Shown here piece by piece: positions 13,060 through 26,935 of a stretch of DNA of 64,000 nucleotides. The first letter of the stretch is position 1. Every line of letters begins with the position of its first letter. The stretch is from the human T2T-CHM13v2.0 reference genome, Homo sapiens, in the NCBI RefSeq assembly GCF_009914755.1, contig NC_060927.1. One strand, 5' to 3'. The notes under the pieces are model-generated. The model was not told the origin of the DNA. It did no database searches and saw only the letters and a program-made list of their open reading frames with translations. Position numbers and translations under genes: made by a program.

Positions 13060-13110
13060 CCCTGTGTGATTGTGCTCCATTTAGCTCTAAATCTGTACTC
13101 CCATATAGAT
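13060..13110 (-). pseudogene. VTG relic, first exon after phosvitin
   Basis: Decayed acceptor ctcttgtttaa, then ATC TAT..GAG TAC AGA TTT AGA GCT..CAC AGG GAG = IY..EYRFRA..HRE versus IYQYRFRSAHRQE. Confidence 0.6.
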
Positions 13111-13507
13111 TTAAACAAGAGATCTAGGGAAATTTTGAAGTCTTTTGTTCTCAGTCACAGTAATATTTAAATAGTCCACTGAGTATGCAAGTATTGCCAA
13201 TTCCTTTATTGCTTTGTTATAGTCTACCACAAAAAGATCCACCTTAGGGAAACATAACGCTTTTCTGTTTTTGTTTTTTGTTTTTTGATTTCTGATTGTG
13301 AAAAGTCTTTACCTCTTCCTTTACTAGCTTAGTTATTATTCAATTTTGTTTTTTAAATGCATATAGTGGCAGGCATATATAATTATTTTCAAGGATAAGT
13401 TATAGCCTCCACTCCTACCCTCACCCCAGTGTTCTTACACTTACTCAACAGGTAAACCTGAACTTACCTTGATTCTTCTTACTAAACACCACAAAAGTTT
13501 TGGTATG

Positions 13508-13960
13508 TGTCAGGCCTCTGAGCCCAAGCCAAGCCATCACATTCCCTGTGACTTGCACATATATGCCCAGATGGCCTGAAGTAACTGAAGAATCACAAAA
13601 GAAGTGAATATGCCTTGCCCCACCTTAACTGATGACATTCCACCACAAAAGAAGTGTAAATGGCTGGTCCTTGCCTTAACTGATGACATTACCTTGTGAA
13701 AGTCTTTTTCCTGGCTCATCCTGGCTCAAAAAGCACCCCCACTGAGCATCTTGTGACCCCCACTCCTGCCTGCCAGAGAACAACCCCCCTTTGACTATAA
13801 TTTTCCTTTACCTACCCAAATCCTATAAAACGGCCCCACCCCTATCTCCCTTCGCTGACTCTCTTTTCAGACTCAGCCCGCCTGCACCCAGGTGAAATAA
13901 ACAGCCATGTTGCTCACACAAAGCCTGTTTGGTGGTCTCTTCACACATACACGCATGAAA
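13508..13960 (+). promoter_or_regulatory. 5' LTR7 (promoter)
   Basis: Runs TGTCAGGCCTCTGAGCCC...CATGAAA, with a TATA-like CTATAAAA near 13823, a GC/GT box, AATAAA near 13896 and two ACAAAAGA motifs. Confidence 0.95.
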
Positions 13961-13962
13961 TT

Positions 13963-13980
13963 TGGTGCCGTGACTCGGAT
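13963..13980 (+). other. Primer-binding site for tRNA-His
   Basis: TGGTGCCGTGACTCGGAT is an 18-nt complement of the tRNA-His 3' end. Confidence 0.95.
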
Positions 13981-14103
13981 TGGGGGACCTCCCTTGGGAG
14001 ATCAATCCCCTGTCCTCCTGCTCTTTGCTCTGTGAGAAAGGTCCACCTATGACCTCAGGTCCTCAGACTGACCAGCCCAAGGAACATCTCACCAATTTTA
14101 AAT

Positions 14104-14112
14104 CAGGTAAGC
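14104..14112 (+). promoter_or_regulatory. HERV-H major splice donor
   Basis: CAG|GTAAGC about 145 nt downstream of the 5' LTR, the position used by HERV-H chimeric transcripts. Confidence 0.8.
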
Positions 14113-15881
14113 GGCCTCTTCTTACTCTCTTCTCCAACCTCTCTCACTGTCCCTCAACCACTTTCTCCTTTCCACTCTTCAATCTCTCCCTTCTCTTAAT
14201 TTCAATTCCTTTCATTTTCTGGTAGAGACAAAGGAGACATGTTTTATCTGTGGACCCAAAACTCCGGCACCAGTCACGGACTGGGAAGGCAGCCTTCCCT
14301 TGGTGTTTAATCATTGCAGGGACGCCTCTCTGATTATTCATCCACGTTTCAAAGGTGTCAGACCACGCAGGGACGCCTGCCTTGGTCCTTCACCCTTAGC
14401 GGAAAGTCCCGCTTTTCTGGGAAAGGGGCAAGTACCCCAACCCCTTCTCTGCTTGTCTCTACCCCTTCTCTGCTTTTCTGGGGGAGAGGCAAGTACCCCT
14501 CAACCCCTTCTCCTTCACCCTTAGCGGCAAGTCCCGCTTTTCTGCGGGAGGGGCAAGTACCCCTCAACCCCTTCTCCTTCACTCTTAGCAGCAAGTCCCG
14601 CTTTTCTAGAGGAGGGGCAAGTACCCCAACCTCTTATATCTCTGTGCCCCAATCCCTTATTTCCATGCCCCAACCACTTATTTCCATGCCCTGACCCCTT
14701 ATTTCCATGCCCCGACCCCTTATTTCTGCACCCCATCCCTTATTTCCATGCCCCAACCTCTTATCTCTGCACCCCAACCCCTTTTCCCACTTTTCTGGAA
14801 GAACCCCCAAACCCCTTCCCTCCATTTCTCTACTCTCTCTTTTCTCTAGGCTTGCTTCCTTCACTATAGGCAACCTTCCACCCTCCATTCCTCCTTCTAC
14901 TCCCTTGGCCTGTGTTCTCAAAAACTTAAAACCTCTTCAACTCACACCTAACCTAAAACTTAAATGCCTTATTTTCTTCTGCAATGCCACTTGACCCCAA
15001 TACAAACTCGACAGTAGTTCCAAATAGCCAGAAAATGGCACTTTGAATGTTTCCATCCTGCAAGATCTAAATAATTCTTGTCATAAAATAGGCAAACGGT
15101 CTGAGATGCCTGACGTCCAGGCATTCTTTTACACATCAGTCCCTTCCTAGTCTCTGTGCCCAGTGCAACTCGTCCCATATCTTCCTTCTTTCCCTCCCGC
15201 CTGTCCCCTCAGTACCAACCCCAAGCATCGCTGAGTCTTTCTAATCTTCCTTTTCTACAAACCCATCTGACCTCTCCCCTCCTCCCCAGGCTGCTCCTCG
15301 CCAGGCTGAGCTAGGTCCCAATTCTTCCTCAGCCTCTGCTCCCCCACCCTATACTCTTTTTATCACCTCCCCTCCTAACACCTGGTCCGGCTTACAGTTT
15401 TCTTCTGTGACTAGCCCTCCCCCTCCTGCCCAGCAATTTACTCTTAAAAAGGTGGCTGGAGCTAAAGGCATAGTCAAGGTTAATGCTCCTTTTTCTTTAT
15501 CCCAAATCAGATAGCGTTTAGGCTCTTTTTCATCAAATATAAAAATCCAGCCCAGTTCATGACTTGTTTGGCAGCAAACCTGAGACACTTTACAGCCCTA
15601 TACCCTAAAAGGTCAAAAGGCTGTCTTATTCTCAAAATACATTTTATTACCCAATCTGCTCCCGACATTAAATAAAACTCCAAAAATTAAATTCTGGCCC
15701 TCAAACCCCACAACAGGATTTAATTAACCTCGCCTTCAAGGTGTACAATAATAGAAAAAAGTTGCAATTCCTTGCCTCCACTGTGAGACAAACCCCAGCC
15801 ACATCTCCAGCACACAAGAACTTCTAAATGCCTGAACTGCAGCGGCCAGGCGTTCCTCCAGAACCTCCTCCCCCAGGAGCT

Positions 15882-15990
15882 TGCTACATGTGCCAGAAAT
15901 CTGGCCACCGGGCCAAGAAATGCCCGCAGCCCGGGATTCCTCTTAAGCCACGTCCCATCTGTGTGGGACCCCACTGAAAATCGGACTGTT
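15882..15990 (+). pseudogene. gag: HERV-H gag nucleocapsid zinc knuckles (defective)
   Basis: CYMCQKSGHRAKKC (CCHC), followed by a degenerate RPICVGPH*KSDC. Confidence 0.85.
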
Positions 15991-16531
15991 CAACTCACCT
16001 GGCAGCCACTCCCAGAGCCCCTGGAACTCTGGCCCAAGGCTCTGTGACTCCTTCCCAGATCTTCTTGGCTTAGCGGCTGAAGACTGACACTGCCCGATTG
16101 CCTCGGAAGCCCCTTAGACCATCACGGATGCCGAGCATCAGGTAACTCTCACAGTGGAAGGTAAGTCCGTCCCCTTCTTAATCAATACGGAGGCTACCCA
16201 CTCCACATTACCTTCTTCTCAAGGGCCTGTTTCCCTTGCCTCCATAACTGTTGTGGGGATTGATGGCCAGGCTTCTAAACCTCTTAAAACTCCCCAACTC
16301 TGGTGCCAACTTAGATAATACTCTTTTAAGCACTCCTTTTTAGTTATCCCCACCTGCCCAGTTCCCTTATTAGGCTGAGACACTTTAACTAAATTATCTC
16401 CTTCCCTGACTAGTCCTGGACTACAGCTGTATCTCATTGCCACCCTTCTTCCCAATCCAAAGCCTCCTTTGCATCCTCCTCTTGTATCCCCCCACCTTAA
16501 CCCACAAGTATAAGACACCTCTACTCCCTCC

Positions 16532-18300
16532 TTGGCGACCGATCATGCACCCCTTAGCATCTCATTAAAACCTAATCACCCTTACCCCACTCAATGCCAA
16601 TATCCCATCTGGCAGCACGCTTTAAAAAGATTAAAGCCTGTTATCACTCGCCTGCTACAGCATGGCCTTTTAAAGCCTATAAACTCTCCTTACAATTCCC
16701 CCATTTTACCTGTCCTAAAACCAGACAAGCCTTACACGTTAGTTCAGGATCTGCGCCTTATCAACCAAATTGTTTTGCTTATCCACTCCGTGGTGCCAAA
16801 CCCATATACTCTCATATACTCAATACCTGCCTCTACAACCCATTATTCTGTTCTAGATCTCAAACATGCTTTCTTTACTATTCCTTTGCACCCTTAATCC
16901 CAGCCTCTCTTTGCTTTCACTTGGACTGACCCTGACACCCATCAAGCTCAGCAAATTACCTAGGCTGTACTGCTGCAAAGCTTCACAGACAGCCCCCATT
17001 ACTTCAGTCAAGCCCAAATTTCTTCCTCATCTGTTACCTATCTCAGCATAATTCTCACAAAAACACACGTGCTCTCCCTGCCAATCATGTCCGACTGATC
17101 TCTCAAACCCAAGCACCTTCTACAAAACAACAACTCCTTTCCTTCCTAGGCATGGTTAGCGCGGTCAGCATTCTTACACAAGAGCCAGGACCACACCCTG
17201 TAGCCTTTCTGTCCAAACAACTTGACCTTACTGTTTTAGCCTAGCCCTCATGTCTGCGTGCAGCGGCTGCCACTGCTTTAATACTTTTAGAGGCCCTCAA
17301 AATCACAAACTACGCTCAACTCACTCTCTACAGTTCTCATAACTTCCAAAATCTATTTTCTTCCTCATACCTGATGCATATACTTTCTGCTCCCCGGCTC
17401 CTTCAGCTATACTCACTCTGTTGAGTCTCCCACAATTACCGTTGTTCCTGGCCCAGACTTCAATCCGGCCTCCCACATTATTCCTGATACCTCACCTGAC
17501 CCCATGACTGTATCTCTCTGATCCACCTGACGTTCACCCTATTTCCCCAAATTTCCTTCTTTCCTGTTCCTCACCCTGATCAAGCTTGATTTATTGATGG
17601 TTCCACCAGGCCTAATCGCCACACACCAACAAAGGCAGGTTATGCTATAGTACAAGCCACTAGCCCGCCTCTTAGAACCTCTCATTTCCTTTCCATCATG
17701 GAAATCTATCCTCAAGGAAATCACTTCTCAGTGTTCCATCTGCTATTCTACTACTACTCAGGGATTATTCAGGCCCCCTCCCTTCCCTACACATCAAGCT
17801 TGAGGATTTGCCCCACCCAGGACTGGCAAATTAGCTTTACTCAACATGCCCTGAGTCAGATTACTAAAATATGTCTTAGTCTAGGTAGATACTTTCACTG
17901 GATAGGTAGAGGCCTTTCCTACAGGGTCTGAGAAGGCCATCGCAGTCATTTCTTCCGTTCTGTCAGACATAATTCCTCAGTTTAGCCTTCCCACCTCAAT
18001 ATAGTCTGATAACAGACCAGCCTTTATTAGTCAAATCAGCCAAGCAGTTTTTCAGGCTCTTAGTATTCAGTGAAACCTTTATATCCCTTACGGTCCTCCA
18101 TCTTCAAGAAAAGTAGAATGGACTAAAGGTCTTTTAAAAACACACCTCACCAAGCTCAGCCACCAACTTAAAAAGGACTGGACAATATTTTTACCACTTT
18201 CCCTTCTCAGAATTCAGGCCTGTCTTTGGAATGCTACAGGGTACAGCCCATTTAAGCTCCTGTATAGACGCTCCTTTTTATTAGGCCCCAGTCTCATTCC
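16532..18300 (+). pseudogene. pol: HERV-H pol remnants (RT N-terminus, RNase H and integrase pieces), with stops and deletions
   Basis: ORF 16532-16897 contains SPYNSPILPV.KP..LVQDLR.IN..LDLKHAFFTIPL. Integrase-like DTFTG / SDN.PAF segments lie near 17880-18030. Confidence 0.9.
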
Positions 18301-18906
18301 AGACACCAGACCAACTTGGACTGTGCCCCAAAAACTTGTCATCCCTACTGTCTTCTGTCTAGTCATATTCCTACTCACCGTTCTCAACTACTCATACATA
18401 CCCTGCTCTTGTTTACACTGCCGGTTTACACTGTTTCTCCAAGCCATCACAGCTGATATCTCCTGGTGCTATCCCCAAACTGCCACTCTTAACTCTTGAA
18501 GTAAATAAATAATCTTTGCGGGCAGGACTATGCTGAATCTCCTTAGGCACTCTCTAATCAGATATCTTGAGTTGTCCCAATTCTTAGACCTTTTATACCT
18601 GTTTTTCTCCTTCTGTCATTCCATTTAGTTTCTCAATTCATCCAAAACCGTATCTAGGCCATCACCAATCATTCTATATGACAAATGTTTCTTCTAACAT
18701 CCCCACAATATCACCCCTTATCACAAGACTTCCCTTCAGCTTAATCTCTCCCACTCTAGGTTCCCACGCTGCCCCTAATCCTGCTTGAAGCAGCCCTGAG
18801 AAACATCGCCCATTCTCTCTCCATACCACCCTCCAAAAATTTTCGCTGCCCCAACACTTCAACACTATTTTGTTTTATTTTTCTTATTAATATAAGAAGG
18901 CAGGAA

Positions 18907-19359
18907 TGTCAAGCCTCTGAGCCCAAGCCAAGCCATCACATCCCCTGTGACTTGCACATATACGCCCAGATGGCCTGAAGTAACTGAAGAATCACAAAAG
19001 AAGTGAATATGCCTTGCCCCACCTTAACTGATGACATTCCACCACAAAAGAAGTGTAAATGGTTGGTCCTTGCCTTAACTGATGACATTACCTTGTGAAA
19101 GTCTTTTTCCTGGCTCATCCTGGCTCAAAAAGCACCCCCACTGAGCACCTTGCGACCCCCCACTCCTGCCCACCAGAGAACAACCCCCCTTTGACGGTAA
19201 TTTTCCTTTACCTACCCAAATCCTATAAAACGACCCCACCCCATCTCCCTTCGCTGACTCTCTTTTCGGAGTCAGCCCGCCTGCACCCAGGTGAAATAAA
19301 CAGCCATGTTGCTCACATAAAGCCTCTTTGGTGGTCTCTTCACACGGACGTGCATGAAA
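18907..19359 (+). mobile_element. 3' LTR7
   Basis: Direct repeat of the 5' LTR (about 21 differences by hand count), preceded by the purine tract AAGAAGGCAGGAA. Confidence 0.97.
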
Positions 19360-19403
19360 GTATGCCTATAATTATTAAGTGAAAATACATAATGAGTTGT
19401 GAT

Positions 19404-20125
19404 TGCTGCTAGCAGTGAATCTGTACAGCTCTGCAGTAAACTTGATCCTTGCCTCCTCAGAGGCAAGAATTCGGCTGAAGGGCAGAAGTAGGTTTAAGGC
19501 AGAGGGAGAGACCAAGGCAAGTTTTAGAGCAGGAATGAAAGTTTATTAAAAACTTTTAGACCAGGAACGAAAAGATGTAAAGTACACTTGGAAGAAGGCC
19601 AAGCAGGGGACTTGAGAGATCCAAGTGCCCTGTTCAGCTCTTGACTTGGGATTTTACACATTAGCATGGTGCCAGGGTTTGCAGGGGTTTTTTTTCTCCC
19701 TTGATTCTTCCCTTGAAGCAGGCTGTCCACATGCGTAGTAGCCTGCCAGCACTTAGGAGGGGCCACATGCACAGTATGTTTACTGAAGTTGTGCACATGC
19801 TTACTTGAAGCATTTCTTCCTTATCAGTCGAGATTTCCTAGAGGCAGATCGTATACCACTTAAACGCCACCATTTTGCCTCTTAGTGCGCATGCTTGAGG
19901 CCACTTGCCCACTCCTGAGATCTTATTGGGACGCTACTGATCACCAGCTTCAGGTATTTTCTAGCTATTAGAGACTGCCTTTCCCTGGCTCTGGCTGCAA
20001 CCAATTATGATTTCAAAGCGACAGTTTAACAACTGATTGACCATCACCTGATAGTTGCCTGACATTCCTTGTTGTGGAGCCCTTCTCCTACTCTGCTCAT
20101 GTTTGCATAACTACCTTCTCTAACA
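19404..20125 (-). mobile_element. Solo ERV1 LTR, MER50-like
   Basis: The minus strand starts TGTTAGAGAAGGTAGTTATGCAAACATGAGCAG; about 720 bp long, with AATAAA on the minus strand near 19543. Confidence 0.75.
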
Positions 20126-21875
20126 TGGCAGCCATAAGAACGGAGATAAAACACCTTTTAGGGTATATGTCAGGTCAATCAGAAGTAAGAATTCCTCTAA
20201 AAATTACATTCTATATATGTACTTTATTTTGAAGTACATATTCAGCAAACTGTAAACGTGCATCCAACAGGTAAAAATTTGTTCTTCTCCTCTAATGAGA
20301 GGAATAGTTATTAAAATTTTGCTTTCTTTCCCTTCATTGTGTAATTATTTTAAAATGTGTATATATACCTACAATAATTTTTATTTAAATAGTTATTAAA
20401 ATTTCTAATCCCCCTAGATATTTATAAGCAACATTTTATTTGGAAAATGATGTAATGCACCATAGTTAAAACTAAAGAAAATGGACTTAAAATTTAATGG
20501 AATAATATAAAGAAGTAATGAGGCTAGATACTAACTGAGGTTCTGGAATATACTTAGAGGGGCTTTTTTTAAAAGGGATTTGTGCTATTTGCCTAGAATG
20601 CTTTAGGACATTTAAGCCTAACAATATATGGAAAAAAACAAGTAAATAAGATAGACATAAATTAAAAAGTACCTAATATAATCTTTTCAATATATATTTA
20701 AGATTCTGGCTCCAGTTCAGATAAAAGTAAGCATATGTCACCCTGTTTCTCCTGTTGAGTACAACGAATGACTAAAACAGATATATTGAGCAGCTATCTG
20801 AAGACTCTGAAACGTTAAATGGTAGCAGGTAGAATGAAATAAGGAAATGAGTACTCAAAGTAAGACCAATTTAAGGGGGAGTTTCTTGTTTTTTGCCTCT
20901 GGTATCTCCCACGGTGGAATGAAACGCATCATAAAGTTCAAAATTCTGGGCTGAATGTAGGCAGAAAGCTGTAAGAGAAGACCTCAATTTCCAGTCCCAG
21001 TCAGGAAAAGGAGTCCTTGGGGTCAGTTCCTGGGGAAAGTATAAAAATTTGACTGTGTTGTTTTTTGTTTTTTCCATCCCAGACCCAGGAAAATCTATGG
21101 CAGTACTGTCACAGAGGTGAAAACAATAACAGTGGTAGCTGGGCAGACACTTAAAACTCTGAGGGAAAGCAACCCTTCCCTCTGACAAGAGGGACCGTGG
21201 TCCTAAGAATGTGATGGAATATCCCAATTCTTTCTTTCTCTATATACCCTGCTACTTGGCTTCAGTGGCAGACACAGTTGTGGAATGTTCACAGCAGAGA
21301 GGGAAAACTAAAGCCCTTTCTTTCTAGACTGAAGAGCAGAATCAGGGCCTTTCAGAACCAAAAAGTGTCACAAAGACTGTAAAGAGGAGAGAATTCAAGA
21401 AAGTAATTCCATAAAGTTGTGTCTGAATTGTGGGTCTCCCCTACAAGCTGCATAAGCATGAATAAGAGCCTAACTAAAGACTCTTGAGAACTGATAGGTA
21501 GGCCATCCCCAAGGTCTCAGACTGTGGCTTCTGAATGGCACACACATGGGAGACAGCCAAACAACACTGCAGACTCTGAAAATGGAACCCACTTAGAACC
21601 ATCGCTTACAGAAAGTGGTTTGGTACTTTTAGCTTAAATCTCCAAGTCTATAAACTTCTCTCTCTCTCTCTTTTCAATAATCTCCATAAGAGTTAAATAA
21701 GACCCAGAGTCTCATAACACAGTATATTAAGTATCCAAAATGCAATCCAAAACTAGTCAGCATAAGTAGAAGCAGGAATCAACAGATGCCAATCCTGTCA
21801 TGATCCAGATGTTGGAATTAACTGATAAAGATTTTAAAGAAGCTATTATAGTCAAGCTTCAAGAAGTAAAGGTGA

Positions 21876-22288
<413 letters not shown>

Positions 22289-24502
22289 TTAAAACAGAAA
22301 GGTAAAAAACTAAAAAAAAAATTTCCTGGAAAGACCCAATAGCAGAGTAAAGACAGAAAGTCAGTGAACTGAAGAAGTTTAGTAGAAATTATCCACTCAG
22401 AATTACAAAAAGAAAAAAAAGATTGAAAAAATTAAACAGAAGTTCATGGTCAGACAACAACTGGTGTAATATTTGTTTAGTCGTAGTGCCAGAAGAAAGA
22501 AGAAAACAAAGTGTAGGGGAAAAAGTGAAGAAATTATGGCTGAAAATGTAACCAAATTTCGTTAAGTACATAAACTTGCAGAAGCTCAGCTAACCTCAGC
22601 TAAAACAAACACAAATAAATCCATGCCCAGAAATATCACAATCAAATTTCTGAAAATTAACAACAAAGAAACCTTAAACAAAGCCAGAAAGAAATGACAT
22701 ATTATTTATAGAAGACAATGATTTAAATGACAGTGGACTTCTCATTAGAAACCATGGAGTCCAAGGGTACTGGGATGATATTTTTAAAGTAAAAGAACTA
22801 TCAATATTCAGAGAAAATAATATTTAAGAATAAAGGTGAGATAAGCACATTCTCAGATACAGGAGGCCTAAGATAATTTGCTACCAGTATATCTGCTCTA
22901 AAAAAATGGTAAAGGAATATCTTGAGAGAGAAGAAAAATGATACTAGAGGGAAAGTGATAACTTTAAGAATGAAAGAACCACAGAAATGGTAACTATCTG
23001 TGTAGATAGACTATTTTTCTTCTCCTAAGTTCTTTAAAATATATGATGGTTGAAAGCAAAAAATTATAACCTTACCAGTATTAAAAGGTAAGTTTCTCGA
23101 CATGGTAAAGAGGCACTTATGAAAAATCTACAGCTAACATCATACTCAACGTTGAGAGACCTAAAGACTTTCCCCCTTAAAATGTAGAACAAGGCAAGGA
23201 TGTCTGCTTTCAACACTGCTATTGAACATTGTATTGGAAATTTTAGCCAGAGCAATTAGACAAAAAGTAAAAGACATTCAAATTGGAAAAAAGGAAGTAA
23301 AATTATGTCTATTCACGGAAGTGACCGTATATAGGGGAAATCCCAAAAGAATCCACAGAAATTACAAGAGCTAATAAATAAATCCCTCAAAGCCACAAAA
23401 TACAAGATCAACACACAGAAATCAGTAGTTTCTATACACCATCCATGAAAAACCTGAAAAGTAAATTAAGAAAGCAATTCATTTACAATAGCATTTAAAA
23501 GAATAAAACACCTAACAATAAATTGAACCACGGAGGTGAAAGACTTGTACACTGAAAACTGCAGAGCATTGCTAAAGGAATAAATGGAAAGATAGCCTAT
23601 GTTCACGAACTGAAAAACTTAATGTTGTTAAGATTTCAATACTACTCAAAGGAATCTACAGATTAAATGAAATTCCTATCAAAATTTCAGCAGCCTTTAT
23701 TTACAGAAATAGAAAAATTGATTCTCAAATTAATATGGAATGTAAATGGTCTATATTACAATGCAAGTGGTACATACACACAATAATTAAAACAGTGCAC
23801 TATTGGCATACACATATAAATATAGAAATATAGACAAATTGAATAGAATTGAGAGTCCAAAAATAAATCCATGCATGTATTACCAACTGAATTTGACAAG
23901 GGTGCAGATTTCTTTCCACTGGGAAAGAATTGTCTCTTCAACAGGTGGTACTGAAGCAACTGAATGTCTACATTCAAAACAAAGAAGTTATTTGAAGTTA
24001 TTTTAATGAAATTCTACTCGACATTATATACAAAAATTAATTTTAAATGAATGAATAACCTAAACATGGAGGTAAATCTTCATGAATTTGGATTTGACAA
24101 TTGATTCTTAGATATGACAATAAAAATAATCAACAAAAGAAACACAGATAAGTTGGACTTCATCAAAATTAGAAAATTTTGTGTCTCAAAGGAAATTATC
24201 AAGAAAGTGAAAAGACAACAAACAGAATGAGAGAAAATTTTTGCAAACCATATATCTCGTAATAGCTTATTATCCAGAATATATAAAGAACAACAACTCA
24301 ACAACAAATAAACAATCCAATCCAAGGATTGGCAAAAGACTTGAATAGGCATTTCTCCAAAGATATATAAATGGCCAATAAAGCATTGAAAAGATGGTCA
24401 ACTTCATTAGTCATTAAAGAAATGCCAAAAAACCACAATGAAATACCATTTCATATCGCTGGCATGGTTATCATAAAAACAACTGGAAAATAACAAATAT
24501 AA

Positions 24503-24874
<372 letters not shown>

Positions 24875-25624
24875 TAAATGGACAAAGGACTTTAGACACT
24901 TCTCCAAAGAATATATACAAATGGCCAATGAGTATATGAAAAGATGCTCAACATCGTTAGTCATATGGATATGCAAATCAAAGCTGCAAATGGATATCAC
25001 CTCATCCCCCAGTGAATGGTGATCATTAAAAATACTTACAAGTACTGGACAAGATGTGGAGAAATCAGAACCTTCATACCTTGCTAGTGGAAATGCCAAA
25101 TTGTGCAGCTGCTTTGACAAACAGTTTAGTCATTCCTCAAAATGTTAAACATAAAGTCACCATATGACCCAGAGAGTTTACTCCCAGGTAATTAAATGAA
25201 AACATAGATTCTTACAAAAAGTCAAAAACTGGAAACAACTAAAATGTTAATCAACTGATTTATATATAAATAAAATTTAGAATATCTATACATTGTGCAT
25301 AATTTGGAAATAAAAAGAAATGAAGTACTGATACATGCTACCACATAACTGACCCTTGAAAGCATTTTGCTAAGTAAAAGGATCAAATCACAAAAACCAC
25401 ATATTTTTTTGTCCCATTTATTTGAAATTCAGTATAAGCAAATCCATATAGACCCAAAGTCAATAAAGGTTTGCTTAGGAATGAGGGTGGGAGTGGGGAG
25501 AGGAGATGAGAATTGATTGCTTAAGGCTGATGGTATAGGGTTTCTTTTACAAGGGATGAAAAGTTTCTAAATATTTATTCTCCTGTTTAAATAAATACTT
25601 AATTTTTAAAAAATTTAAAATGCA

Positions 25625-26873
25625 ATTTCAACTTTTATTTTAGATTCAGGGGATACATGTGCAGGTTTGTCACATAGGTATATTGTGTGATGCTGAGATT
25701 TGGGATATGAGTATTTCTGTCACCCAGGTAGTAAGCATAGTACCCAATGGTTAGGTTTTCAAACCTTGCCCTCCTCTTTCCCTCCCATCTAGTAGTCCCT
25801 AGTGTCTACTGTTGCCATCTTTATGTCCACGAGTACCCAATGTTTAGCTCTCACATATAAGAGAGAACATGCAGTATTTGGCTTTCTGTTCCTGCATTAA
25901 TTCATGACGTTGAGTATTTTTTCATATGTTTGTTGGCTGCATGTATGTCTTCTTTTGAGAAGTGTTCACATCCTTTGCCCACTGTTCAACAGGGTTTTTG
26001 GTTTTTGCTTGTTTAATTACTTAAGTTCCTTATAGATTCTGGGTATCACACCTTTGTTGGATGACTACTTTGTGAATATTTTCTCCCATTCTATACATTG
26101 TGTTTACTCTGTTGATAGTTTCTTTTGTTGTGCAGAAGCTCTTTAGTTTAATTAGGTCTCACGTATCAATTTTTGGTTTTGTTGCATTTGCTTTTGAGAA
26201 CTTAGTCATAAATTATTTCCCAAGCCCAGTGTTCACGATGGTGTTTCCTAGGTTTTCTTCTAGGATTCCCATAGTTTGAAGTCTTAGATTTAAATATTTT
26301 ATCCATTTTGAGTTAATTTTTATATATGATGAAATGTAGGGGTCCAATTTCATCCTTCTTCATATGACTACCCAGCTATCCTACCACCATTTATTGAATA
26401 GGGAGTCTTTTTGCCATTCCTTATTTTTGGTGACTTTGTTGAAGACCAAACAGCTGTAGGTGTGTGACCTTATTTCTGGATTCTCTATTCTGTTTCACTA
26501 GTCTATGTGTCTGTTTTTGTACTAGTATCCTGCTGTTTTGGTTGCTGTAGCCTTAAAGTATAGTTTGACGTCGGATAATGTGATGCCTCTGTCTTTGTTC
26601 TTTTGCTAAGGATTGCTTTGGCTATTCAAGCACATGTTTGGTTTCATATGAATTTTAGAATAGTTGTTTTTTAATACTGTGAAAAAAATAATATTGGCAG
26701 TTTGGTAGGAATAGTGTTGAATCTATAGATTGCTTTGGACAGCATGGCCATTTTCACAATTTGGATTCTTCCAGTCCATGAACATGGAATGATTTTCAAC
26801 TTGTTTGTGTGATTTATGATGTATTTCAGTAGTGTTTTGTAGTTTTTCTTGCAGAGATCTTTCACCTTCTTAG

Positions 26874-26935
<62 letters not shown>

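Larger units (their letters stand above)
13508..19359 (+). mobile_element. HERV-H provirus (LTR7-HERVH-int-LTR7), the common ~5.8-kb internally deleted form
   Basis: Two 453-bp LTRs, TSD GTATG (13503-13507 / 19360-19364), tRNA-His PBS, gag zinc knuckles, pro/pol/IN remnants and a polypurine tract before the 3' LTR. Confidence 0.98.

Noticed and set aside
14380-14790. Tandem ~21-bp and ~60-bp repeats resembling an array
   Set aside because: These are ordinary HERV-H leader/pre-gag repeats, with no unique spacers; not CRISPR.
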